DNA from: an uncultured Lachnospiraceae bacterium
Lineage (GTDB): Bacteria; Bacillota; Clostridia; Lachnospirales; Lachnospiraceae
DNA: 64,000 nucleotides
Assembly: GCA_947564645.1 (NCBI GenBank)
Contig: CANOCU010000003.1
Span: 3,934 to 67,933 of the forward strand
Direction of reading: 5' to 3'
How positions within the stretch are numbered: position 1 is the first letter of the stretch; the number at the start of each line of letters is the position of its first letter. This document shows, in pieces, positions 38,739-46,949 of the stretch. The position numbers and the translations under genes were made by a program. Under the pieces are notes generated by a model. It did not search any database and was not told where the DNA came from. It saw only the letters and a list, made by a program, of their open reading frames with translations.

Positions 38739-41241
38739 CGGCTTCCACCTCCCTGCCCTCCAATTCCGGCGACACAGCCGCCGTCATATTCCGGTATTCC
38801 TCCTCCGTCAGCTGCGTCACATCACCCGCTTCCACATAAGCGCTCACATTACCCCGTACAATGGCATTCATGGTTCCGGTCACCGTTCCCTCGATGCGGC
38901 CGCGCACGAGACCGTCCACCTTGACCAGACCCGTGGCATTCTTCGTGCGGATCGGCATATTCATGACAAAAGCCGTCTTCTCTATGATCGTATCGCCCAC
39001 CAGCAGGATCTGTGGCAGCACGAACATTGTGATAAAGATAGAGATCAGCGTTCCCCGGCCCAGGCACTTACCGATCCCGAAGATCGCCACATCCGAAGTC
39101 AGCTTCCCGATCAGCACGCCGGACACCGCCAGCATCGTCCCCGAAGTGACGATGGTCGGAAAGGACAGATTCATAGTGTCCATAATGGACTGCCGCCGCC
39201 CCATGCTCTTACGCAGCTCCGTATACCGGCTGGCAATGACGATCGCGTAATCGATATTGGCGCCCATCTGAATCGAGCTGACGATCAGATACCCCATGAA
39301 GAAAAGATTGTCGTGGGCAATGGCCGGCACGGAGAAGTTGATCCAGATACTGCCCTGGATGACTGCGATCAAAAGCACCGGCATTCCAGCCGATTTAAAG
39401 GTAAACAGTAATACCACTAGCACCACAAGGATGGACACCACATTTACCACGATGTTATCTCTGGCAAAAGTCTTCTGTAAATCGTACTGACTCACCGACT
39501 CACCGCACACGAGCACACCGCCGTCGTAATAGTGCCCGGCGATCTCATGCATTTTATCCAAAAAGGCAAAAGTCTCTTCACTCTCCTCCGGCAGCGTCAG
39601 GTACACCAGCATACGGCTGTAATTCTCACCCTGCAGCTGATTCTTCGCAAAGGTCATCTGCTTATATGCGTCATCCAGCGTCTCCTGCAGTTCCTCCTCC
39701 AGTGTCACATAGCCTTCCTCCACCTCGTCATAGACGAACAGGAACATCTCGATCAAAGGCACCTGATAATCCGCCAGTCCATTGACCACTTTCGCATAGT
39801 CCTCATCATTGACCGCGTAAGCCGCATAAACAAGTTCCGCCACCTCATAGTCCAGATCGATCAGCTCCGAAAACTGCCGGGGCGTCAGCTTATCCGTCAG
39901 ATGATAGCCATCCAGCGCCTCAATATTCGCAAGCCCCATGCTGTAATCCACCTCCGGACAGGCATCCAGATCCTGCAAAAGCGCCTTTTCCTTCTCATAA
40001 TCCCCTGCCGGCACGATCAGCGCTACCATGTTGGAATCCCCGAAATTATCTTCCTGCATTTCCTCCGCTTTCTGTACGCTGTTCTGCAGCGGCGGTGTGA
40101 CCGTACTGTAGCCAAATACATAAGGGCAGTTCTTGGATACCATATACGCCGCAATGATTGCCACCAGAAAGAGCGGCGCCACGACATAGCGGGACACATA
40201 GGCAAATTTGCCGACGATCGGGATATCCGGAATGAAATTCTTATGCTTCGTCTTTTCCATCAGATTGGAAAAAAGCATGATAACGCCCGGCATCAGCAGG
40301 AATACCGCACACAGGCTTAAGATGATCGCCTTGATCAGCACGATCCCCATATCCGGCCCCATCTTATACTGCATAAAAGTCATGGCAATCAGACCGCCGA
40401 TCGTGGTAAGCGAACTGCCCGCGATCTCCGGGATTGCCTTGCTGAGCGCGATGATCACCGCTTCCCTGGCCGGCAGCGATGCATGTTCCTCTTTATAACG
40501 ATTTAAAAGAATGACCGCATAGTCCACCGACAATGCCAGCTGCAGCACGATGGTGACCGAGTTCGACACGAAAGAGATCGTTCCAAACAGGAAATTCGTG
40601 CCCATATTGATGATCGCCGCCGACAGGAACGTGATCAGAAGGACCGGAATCTCCGCATAAGCCTGCGTTGTCAAGAGCAGTACCGATACCACCACAATGG
40701 CGACCAGTACCGTGATCGTGTTCATCTCCTGTCCGATCAGTTCCGACTGCGTATCCCCCAGGCTGGTGGTCAGATAATAATCGCAGCCCTCCAGACGCTC
40801 CTTCACGGCATTAAGCGCCTCCAGACAGGCGTCCTCCTTTTCATCATAGTCAAAAGTCACATTATAATAAGCCGAACCGTTGGTATAATGCTCCGGCGTA
40901 TCGTCAAAATCTACCGAAAAGACCCCCGGCGACTGCTCTAACCGCTCACAGATCTCCTCCGCCTGCCCGTAAGAAACGTTCGCCACCATCACATTGCAGG
41001 TGCCGTATGTAATAAACTCCTCCTCCATCAGATCCAGTCCCTGCCTGGTCTCCGTGGTTCCCGGCAGATAATGGGCCATGGAATTCTCCACCCCGACCCA
41101 GTTCCTGGAGATGGCCGAAAAAATAATCAGGAGTCCGAAGAGCAGGAAAAAGAGATTTCTCTTATCTACAATAAACCCGCATATCTTCAGCATCGCCTGA
41201 TTATCGTTCTTGTTCGTATTCAATTCTTTCTCCATCTGCAA
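38731..41241 (-). CDS. MMPL/RND-family transporter
   Basis: Two MMPL repeats with LALSVDYAVILL and GANIDYAIVI; stop overlaps the start of the GLUG gene. Confidence 0.87.
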   Translation of the reverse strand: MQMEKELNTNKNDNQAMLKICGFIVDKRNLFFLLFGLLIIFSAISRNWVGVENSMAHYLPGTTETRQGLDLMEEEFITYGTCNVMVANVSYGQAEEICERLEQSPGVFSVDFDDTPEHYTNGSAYYNVTFDYDEKEDACLEALNAVKERLEGCDYYLTTSLGDTQSELIGQEMNTITVLVAIVVVSVLLLTTQAYAEIPVLLITFLSAAIINMGTNFLFGTISFVSNSVTIVLQLALSVDYAVILLNRYKEEHASLPAREAVIIALSKAIPEIAGSSLTTIGGLIAMTFMQYKMGPDMGIVLIKAIILSLCAVFLLMPGVIMLFSNLMEKTKHKNFIPDIPIVGKFAYVSRYVVAPLFLVAIIAAYMVSKNCPYVFGYSTVTPPLQNSVQKAEEMQEDNFGDSNMVALIVPAGDYEKEKALLQDLDACPEVDYSMGLANIEALDGYHLTDKLTPRQFSELIDLDYEVAELVYAAYAVNDEDYAKVVNGLADYQVPLIEMFLFVYDEVEEGYVTLEEELQETLDDAYKQMTFAKNQLQGENYSRMLVYLTLPEESEETFAFLDKMHEIAGHYYDGGVLVCGESVSQYDLQKTFARDNIVVNVVSILVVLVVLLFTFKSAGMPVLLIAVIQGSIWINFSVPAIAHDNLFFMGYLIVSSIQMGANIDYAIVIASRYTELRKSMGRRQSIMDTMNLSFPTIVTSGTMLAVSGVLIGKLTSDVAIFGIGKCLGRGTLISIFITMFVLPQILLVGDTIIEKTAFVMNMPIRTKNATGLVKVDGLVRGRIEGTVTGTMNAIVRGNVSAYVEAGDVTQLTEEEYRNMTAAVSPELEGREVEADA

Positions 41242-41350
41242 GCGCCTCCTTCACTTGTAGTAAACAGCATTATACGTCTCTGCTTCCGGTTCCTGCTAAA
41301 GTCCTAAGCTGGGGCAATAAGCCAAAGCTTCCTGCAGGATCGAATTCGGG

Positions 41351-41407
41351 ATTTCTATAATGTTGTTTACTGTTATAGTAAACGAAATTTCTAACGTCGT
41401 TAACTAT
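41351..41407 (-). repeat. 34-bp imperfect palindrome, copy 2 (41374-41407), plus an adjacent partial copy (41351-41371)
   Basis: Reverse complement is ATAGTTAACGACGTTAGAAATTTCGTTTACTATA; the partial copy reads AGTAAACAACATTATAGAAAT. Confidence 0.8.
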
Positions 41408-41539
41408 AAGAAGGAATTATAGCACTGTAGAGGGAAGCTATCAATATCAAATGGGAATTGGGAGATATACAATTTGGAGGGATTGTATATTGCAAAGCTA
41501 CACTATAAAATCCTCCAGTTTATCATGTAGTATACAGTT

Positions 41540-42457
41540 TCAATGACTTAAGCCCTTCATTTTTATTTCAAATTCCGAAATGCTGGTTGCTGACGCTGCG
41601 CATCTGAGCCATCTGCCCAAAATATTTAAGTCCTTTTCCTGACTAATCTGCCGCATAAGTTTTGCAGGGATTTTTCCCAATTCTGCCAACAACTCCAAAA
41701 TATCTTCTATTTTCCCCTCAATTTTTCCCTCTATTTTCCCCTCAATTTTTCCTTCTGCTTTTCCCTCCTTTTTGCCTTCTTGCCTAATTCTGTCTACTAT
41801 CTCGCACATGATGTTTATCCCCTCCTTCTGCGCCTTATAAAAATTGACACGCTCGACGATTCGCGGAAACTCTTCCGTACAATAGAACGGTTCCGATTTT
41901 TTAATATACCGCAGCAGTTCATTCATTTTCTGAGAGCCTGTCGTATACTTCAGATTAAAGTATTTTTCACACACCCCATTCTCCAGGTTAGCTGCCGCAT
42001 CCGTCTTTCCTTCTACCGTTCTTCTAATTTGGTAAAATCCCTTCTTACCGCCGATGAAATCCGATTTGGTAATATACAGAATTGTCACGGAAGGCAGTTC
42101 ATCATACTCTTTCCCTTTATCCAATATGCTCATATCAATGCAGGATGTGTAATATCTGGTCCTTCGAAACGGTTCCGCTTCTTTGTACATCTGCAGCTCT
42201 ACATTGATCAGACCTCCGGTTACCGTCTCCGCCAGAATATCAAGCTGCACCGAATGGCTTATCAGGTTCCTGATCACATACTGCGTCTTCACATCCTTAA
42301 GCTGCAGGCCGGGATCCTGCATCAGAATCCGACATAGTTCCTGGCAAGCCGTCAGATCCTCAAACACTTTGCCGGCAAAAAGATCGCTTGTCAGGTTAAA
42401 CTCCTGTATCCGCTCCCGCTTCTGCTCCAATGTTTCTGTCATTGCTATTCCATCCAT
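41540..42457 (-). CDS. Rpn-family (PD-(D/E)XK) recombination-promoting nuclease, copy 1
   Basis: SDLFAGKVF, VQLDILA...INVELQ, RTRYY; C-terminal (EGKI)n repeats. Confidence 0.88.
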   Translation of the reverse strand: MDGIAMTETLEQKRERIQEFNLTSDLFAGKVFEDLTACQELCRILMQDPGLQLKDVKTQYVIRNLISHSVQLDILAETVTGGLINVELQMYKEAEPFRRTRYYTSCIDMSILDKGKEYDELPSVTILYITKSDFIGGKKGFYQIRRTVEGKTDAAANLENGVCEKYFNLKYTTGSQKMNELLRYIKKSEPFYCTEEFPRIVERVNFYKAQKEGINIMCEIVDRIRQEGKKEGKAEGKIEGKIEGKIEGKIEDILELLAELGKIPAKLMRQISQEKDLNILGRWLRCAASATSISEFEIKMKGLSH

Positions 42458-42610
42458 TGTAAACCTCCCTTATTAATTTACTGCAGGAGTCTGTTACAAT
42501 GTATGAAAAAGAGAAATTGATCCCTGATCCTTCTCTGGAATCAAACCCAATATTTTATGATAACAGTCCTGCCAAACAAATGTGAATCTTCGGCAGAACT
42601 GCCTGACTGC
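42033..42610. repeat. 578-bp direct repeat, copy 1 (5' half of rpn plus upstream region)
   Basis: Matches 45135-45712 at a constant 3102-bp offset; only 2 mismatches seen by eye. Confidence 0.92.
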
Positions 42611-42784
42611 ACTCATGATGCCGCCTATAAAACCTCATAAAACAGATGTATTTAGATTTTATGCTTCAAAACGTGCACATTAAAGAATCAAGATTTGTTT
42701 AATGAAAGAAGTATGTGAAACTGCACTGATTTACCGCAGTTTCACATACCGATTATATCAAATTACTTATGCGACAACTAGCTA

Positions 42785-43843
42785 TTATCTTTCTCTGTCA
42801 CATAATACAATTTCGGGTCTGATCGGACACCCACCCATACAATGTTTCCGGTTATCGCAGTTCGGACACGCCGTTCTGAATCTATCCCTAAAATCCTCGA
42901 ATTTCTTACTGTTCCAAGCCTCTTCGATTGTATGCGTTTTTAAATCCACCGCCCATCTCTGCTCCTGGTTGTCAAAGCTGCATGGCAGCATTTTCATATC
43001 TGCTGTGACATAGGCAGACCATCTTGCTCCTTCACATGTGTCCAAACTGTCTGTGTCAATAATACCCGGATGATTCAGTAGTGCTGGCACCGTACATGAA
43101 TCAAAACCTATCTTATAGCCGGAAGCTCCCGAACTGATATACTGTATCAGGTGGATAAACTCCTGATTATCCTGCCCAATCACATTGTCAGGAGAACCCA
43201 GTCCTACCGGCTTATGCAGTAAAAAGATAATGGCATTGATCCCCTCAGGAAAACTGTGTTCCTCCAACCTTTCCAAAGCCTCTGCAACAGTATTCTTACT
43301 TAGAACATAGTGAATGTTCGTTTTAACCCCGAATGCTGTCAGCAACTCTATTGCATGCAGTGTGTATTCACTTCTATACCAACTGACTGCAACCGCTCCG
43401 CAATAGTTACGGCATAATTTCGCAATACTTTCTGTCATACCCAGACCGGAAGTGGTAAAGTTGGCTACAATCCCCGACTCTTTACATACTGCAAGGATCT
43501 CCTCGAAATCTTCATGCTGATCCGGATCCCCACATCCTCCCAGTGCAAACTGATAGGTCCTGCCTTTACACTGCCCGGCGATCGTTTTAAAATCCTGCAG
43601 ACACATATTAGGCCGATCAGAATGCAGGCCATCCTGATAACACTCAACACCTGCCTTCATACACAACCCGCTCTTCCCATGCCTGCAATGTCCCATAATA
43701 CCCACATCCAGCAGTTCAGGAAAGGAACTCATAAAAGGGTCTTCCCCGGTATCTTTTCCTGAGATAATTATACCCGTGCGCAGATACTTCCCGGTTTTTT
43801 CATCAAAAAAGGTCATAAACTCTTTTTCTCTTCGTATTTTCAT
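42785..43843 (-). CDS. Radical SAM/SPASM-domain protein with non-canonical cluster motif
   Basis: GIMGHC-x7-C-x6-CYQ, ALGGCGDP, NFTTSG, and a SPASM-like CEGA...LPC...CPNC...CMGGC...C. Confidence 0.82.
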   Translation of the reverse strand: MKIRREKEFMTFFDEKTGKYLRTGIIISGKDTGEDPFMSSFPELLDVGIMGHCRHGKSGLCMKAGVECYQDGLHSDRPNMCLQDFKTIAGQCKGRTYQFALGGCGDPDQHEDFEEILAVCKESGIVANFTTSGLGMTESIAKLCRNYCGAVAVSWYRSEYTLHAIELLTAFGVKTNIHYVLSKNTVAEALERLEEHSFPEGINAIIFLLHKPVGLGSPDNVIGQDNQEFIHLIQYISSGASGYKIGFDSCTVPALLNHPGIIDTDSLDTCEGARWSAYVTADMKMLPCSFDNQEQRWAVDLKTHTIEEAWNSKKFEDFRDRFRTACPNCDNRKHCMGGCPIRPEIVLCDRER

Positions 43844-43851
43844 AGCCGTCT

Positions 43852-44226
43852 TTAATAGTCTAAGGATCCATCGATCGCTTCAAAGTTGTCACAGTCTGCT
43901 TCTTCCAGCTTTTTCCATAGATCAATAAACATTTCTGCCAGATCATACTCACATTCTTCAAAAATCACCTCACCATGATAAATGGCTTTCTCTTCCTTCA
44001 ATGCCTCCCTTATTTTATCCTGATCATCCTCATCAATATAATGATCTTCGAATGCCTTCTGAATTGTATCTTCATCGCTATCAGGCGTCAGCATCTTTCT
44101 GCCAAGCATATTTTCTTCAACATACTCAATAATTGCCTGCTTTTGTTTCTCTGTCAGTTCTCCTTTTCTTGCTAAAATGAAACTGCTGCTGCTCGAATTT
44201 GTCACAAAATCCGTCCTTACCTTCAT
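43852..44226 (-). CDS. Acidic protein with N-terminal MKVRTDFVTNSSSSSF poly-Ser motif
   Basis: Strong RBS AAGGAGG; 124 aa; ends 8 bp before the radical SAM gene. Confidence 0.85.
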   Translation of the reverse strand: MKVRTDFVTNSSSSSFILARKGELTEKQKQAIIEYVEENMLGRKMLTPDSDEDTIQKAFEDHYIDEDDQDKIREALKEEKAIYHGEVIFEECEYDLAEMFIDLWKKLEEADCDNFEAIDGSLDY

Positions 44227-44296
44227 GGTATATCTCCTCCTTCATGGGCCGTTATTTGGTTCTGATAAGAAGATACCACATTTTCAACTAGCTTTC

Positions 44297-44315
44297 ATTG
44301 GACTGTTAGTCCAAT
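44297..44315. promoter_or_regulatory. Perfect palindrome, candidate operator
   Basis: ATTGGACT-GTT-AGTCCAAT overlapping the HTH stop codon, next to an ATGAAA-17-TATCTT promoter with extended -10 TG (minus strand, 44270-44298). Confidence 0.6.
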
Positions 44316-44665
44316 CTGCTGCCATTATTTTGTATCATTGTCCAATAAAGGAAGAGCCTTTTTCCCGTAACGGAAATTTCCTCCTCTTCATAGGATGATT
44401 CGGGTACAATCAGCTCGTCCATGTGAACTTTCAATAGTCTGCTCAACACATACAAATGATCCAACGAAGGTAAAATGCGCCCCTTAAACCATCTGTATAT
44501 TGGCTGCGGACAAGATAACCGCAGTTTCTCCTGTATCTCTTTCACAGAATAACCCGCTGCAAAAATTTGATCCTTCAACCTCATTCCGGTTTTTACCATA
44601 TCGATATGCTGATAATCCTCTCTGTTCACAACTGCCGTCTTCCCCATTCTATCATCCCGTATCAT
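44306..44665 (-). CDS. Xre/Cro-type HTH transcriptional regulator
   Basis: SVKEIQEKLRLSCPQPIYRWFKGRILPSLDHLYVLSRLL; true start may be ATG 44647. Confidence 0.82.
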   Translation of the reverse strand: MIRDDRMGKTAVVNREDYQHIDMVKTGMRLKDQIFAAGYSVKEIQEKLRLSCPQPIYRWFKGRILPSLDHLYVLSRLLKVHMDELIVPESSYEEEEISVTGKRLFLYWTMIQNNGSRLD

Positions 44666-44704
44666 TCTGCCATGACCACTTCCATGCCAAAGCTGCTCTT
44701 TGCT

Positions 44705-45559
44705 TCACATCCTTCTCTCAAACTCCAAGATACTGGATGCAGACGCTGCACATCTGAGCCATCTGCCCAAGACCTTCAGATCCGTTTCCTGCCTAATCCG
44801 CTGTGCGATCCTTGTCGGAATTTTACCCAGTTCTTCCAGCAGATCCAAAATGTCTTCTATTTTTCCTTCTATTTTTCCTTCCTTCTTAATCCTGTCCGCT
44901 ATTTCACACATAATATCTACACCTTCCCTTTGAATCTTATAGTAGTTGACTCTCTCCACAATTCGCGGAAATAATTTCGTCTGATAGTATGGGGTTGAAT
45001 TTTCCAAATATTGCAGCAACTCATTGATTTCCTTATACCTTGTCGGATACTTCAAATTGAAGTACTTCTCGTACAATCCATTATCCAAACCCGTTCCTTC
45101 CGGATTCTTTCTGTCTGTTTTTCTTCTGATTTGATAAAATCCCTTCTTACCGCCGATGAAATCCGATTTGGTAATATACAGGATTGTCACGGAAGGCAGT
45201 TCATAATACTCTTTCCCTTTATCCAATATGCTCATATCAATGCAGGATGTGTAATATCTGGTCCTTCGAAACGGTTCCGCTTCTTTGTACATCTGCAGCT
45301 CTACATTGATCAGACCTCCGGTTACCGTCTCCGCCAGAATATCAAGCTGCACCGAATGGCTTATCAGGTTCCTGATCACATACTGCGTCTTCACATCCTT
45401 AAGCTGCAGGCCGGGATCCTGCATCAGAATCCGACATAGTTCCTGGCAAGCCGTCAGATCCTCAAACACTTTGCCGGCAAAAAGATCGCTTGTCAGGTTA
45501 AACTCCTGTATCCGCTCCCGCTTCTGCTCCAATGTTTCTGTCATTGCTATTCCATCCAT
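44705..45559 (-). CDS. Rpn-family nuclease, copy 2
   Basis: N-terminal ~140 aa identical to copy 1 except D/Y; C-terminal half diverged. Confidence 0.88.
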   Translation of the reverse strand: MDGIAMTETLEQKRERIQEFNLTSDLFAGKVFEDLTACQELCRILMQDPGLQLKDVKTQYVIRNLISHSVQLDILAETVTGGLINVELQMYKEAEPFRRTRYYTSCIDMSILDKGKEYYELPSVTILYITKSDFIGGKKGFYQIRRKTDRKNPEGTGLDNGLYEKYFNLKYPTRYKEINELLQYLENSTPYYQTKLFPRIVERVNYYKIQREGVDIMCEIADRIKKEGKIEGKIEDILDLLEELGKIPTRIAQRIRQETDLKVLGRWLRCAASASSILEFERRM

Positions 45560-45712
45560 TGTAAACCTCCCTTATTAATTTACTGCAGGAGTCTGTTACA
45601 ATGTATGAAAAAGAGAAATTGATCCCTGATCCTTCTCTGGAATCAAACCCAATATTTTATGATAACAGTCCTGCCAAACAAATGTGAATCTTCGGCAGAA
45701 CTGCCTGACTGC
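45135..45712. repeat. 578-bp direct repeat, copy 2
   Basis: See 42033-42610. Confidence 0.92.
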
Positions 45713-45878
45713 GCCGGTAATGTCCCTCGAAAAGGTAGCATGAAAAAGTGCCTTCAAATATTTATGCACCGCACGCATTTAAGAATCAAGATTTGTTTTC
45801 ATAAAAGAAGTATATCATATAACTACTTTTACCGCAATAGATTTCGCAAATAAATTTAAACGTTTTTTCGTTCTCAAA

Positions 45879-46925
45879 TCAGATGCCTTTCTCAATCATT
45901 ACTTTATTTGTGAAAATCTCTTTATCCTGCATGGCCGCCAGCCCCTCCCCCAGCTTCTCAAAGGAGTACCTCTGCGTGATCTGTCCTGAGGGTCGTATCC
46001 TGCCTGTTCGTATCGCTTCGATCACAATATGCCAGTCATCATCCGCTTCTTTGGTAAAAGATGAATTCCACATGCCACGAAGTGTAAGCTGCCGACGCAG
46101 TACCTTCCAGTATATCTGTTTATCCAACTCAATATCCCCCGCCGGATTCCCCACCAGCACTACCTGTCCACCGGCCTTGGCCGAGCTGACAGCATTGCTT
46201 ATACTTTCCACCAGTCCAACACATTCAAAGATAAGATCTACCCCTTCTGCTCCTGTCTGTTCCATGATATAACCGACCGGATCCTTGTCCCTGCAGTTGC
46301 AAAATACACACTTGGCCAATCCGGTGACCAAATCCCTCTGCTCTTTTCTGGTTCCCACCGCAAAGATCTGCGAAATCCCCATGGAAGCCAGCCATTGTAT
46401 GATCAGCGTACCAATCGTCCCACAACCATAGACTGCCACACTCTTAATATCCGTCAGATCCACCTGTCTGATCGCATGTCTGGCGACACAGGCAGGTTCC
46501 AGCATTGCGGCATCCTCGAAGCTGACTTCGGGTGGCAGCTCGATCAGATTCCAGACCGGAACCGCCACATATTCGGCAAAGCCGCCGTCTGTCCTGGATC
46601 CCAGATAATTATAAGACCGGCACATCTCATACGCCTTTGCCTTACATGACTCACACTTCATACAGGGAATCAGCGGAAATACACCAACTCTTTTTCCAAG
46701 CAGCGCTCCATGCGCTTCCGACCCGACTTCCCGTACGATCCCGGCAAATTCATGTCCGGGCACCGTCGGAAAATGATAGGTTCCGGTCTCAAAAATACGC
46801 GGAATGTCAGAACCGCAGATTCCGACATTGACCACCTCTATAAGCGCCTCGTCCTCATGAATCTGCGGTACCTGAATATCCTTATATGCCAGTTGTCCCA
46901 CTGCTTCCAATACATAAGCTTTCAT
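45879..46925 (-). CDS. Zn-dependent sugar-alcohol-phosphate dehydrogenase (galactitol-1-P DH-like)
   Basis: GICGSD, GHEFAG, structural Zn motif CMKCESC...C, LEPAC, YGCGTIG. Confidence 0.85.
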   Translation of the reverse strand: MKAYVLEAVGQLAYKDIQVPQIHEDEALIEVVNVGICGSDIPRIFETGTYHFPTVPGHEFAGIVREVGSEAHGALLGKRVGVFPLIPCMKCESCKAKAYEMCRSYNYLGSRTDGGFAEYVAVPVWNLIELPPEVSFEDAAMLEPACVARHAIRQVDLTDIKSVAVYGCGTIGTLIIQWLASMGISQIFAVGTRKEQRDLVTGLAKCVFCNCRDKDPVGYIMEQTGAEGVDLIFECVGLVESISNAVSSAKAGGQVVLVGNPAGDIELDKQIYWKVLRRQLTLRGMWNSSFTKEADDDWHIVIEAIRTGRIRPSGQITQRYSFEKLGEGLAAMQDKEIFTNKVMIEKGI

Positions 46926-46949
46926 AGCTGTCCTCTTATATTCATTGTA

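Noticed and set aside
41340-41410. Resemblance of the palindrome cluster to a dif/Xer site
   Set aside because: It lacks the 11-6-11 layout and the TTATGTTAAAT-like XerD arm; only short partial similarity.
41700-41790. 12-bp periodic repeats that might be a CRISPR-like or DGR array
   Set aside because: They are the in-frame (EGKI)n coding repeats of Rpn; there are no spacers, cas genes or RT.
41540-45712. Interpretation as a composite transposon with rpn as IS transposase
   Set aside because: No terminal inverted repeats or target-site duplication found; the repeat covers only the 5' half of the genes. Rpn proteins are not established autonomous transposases.
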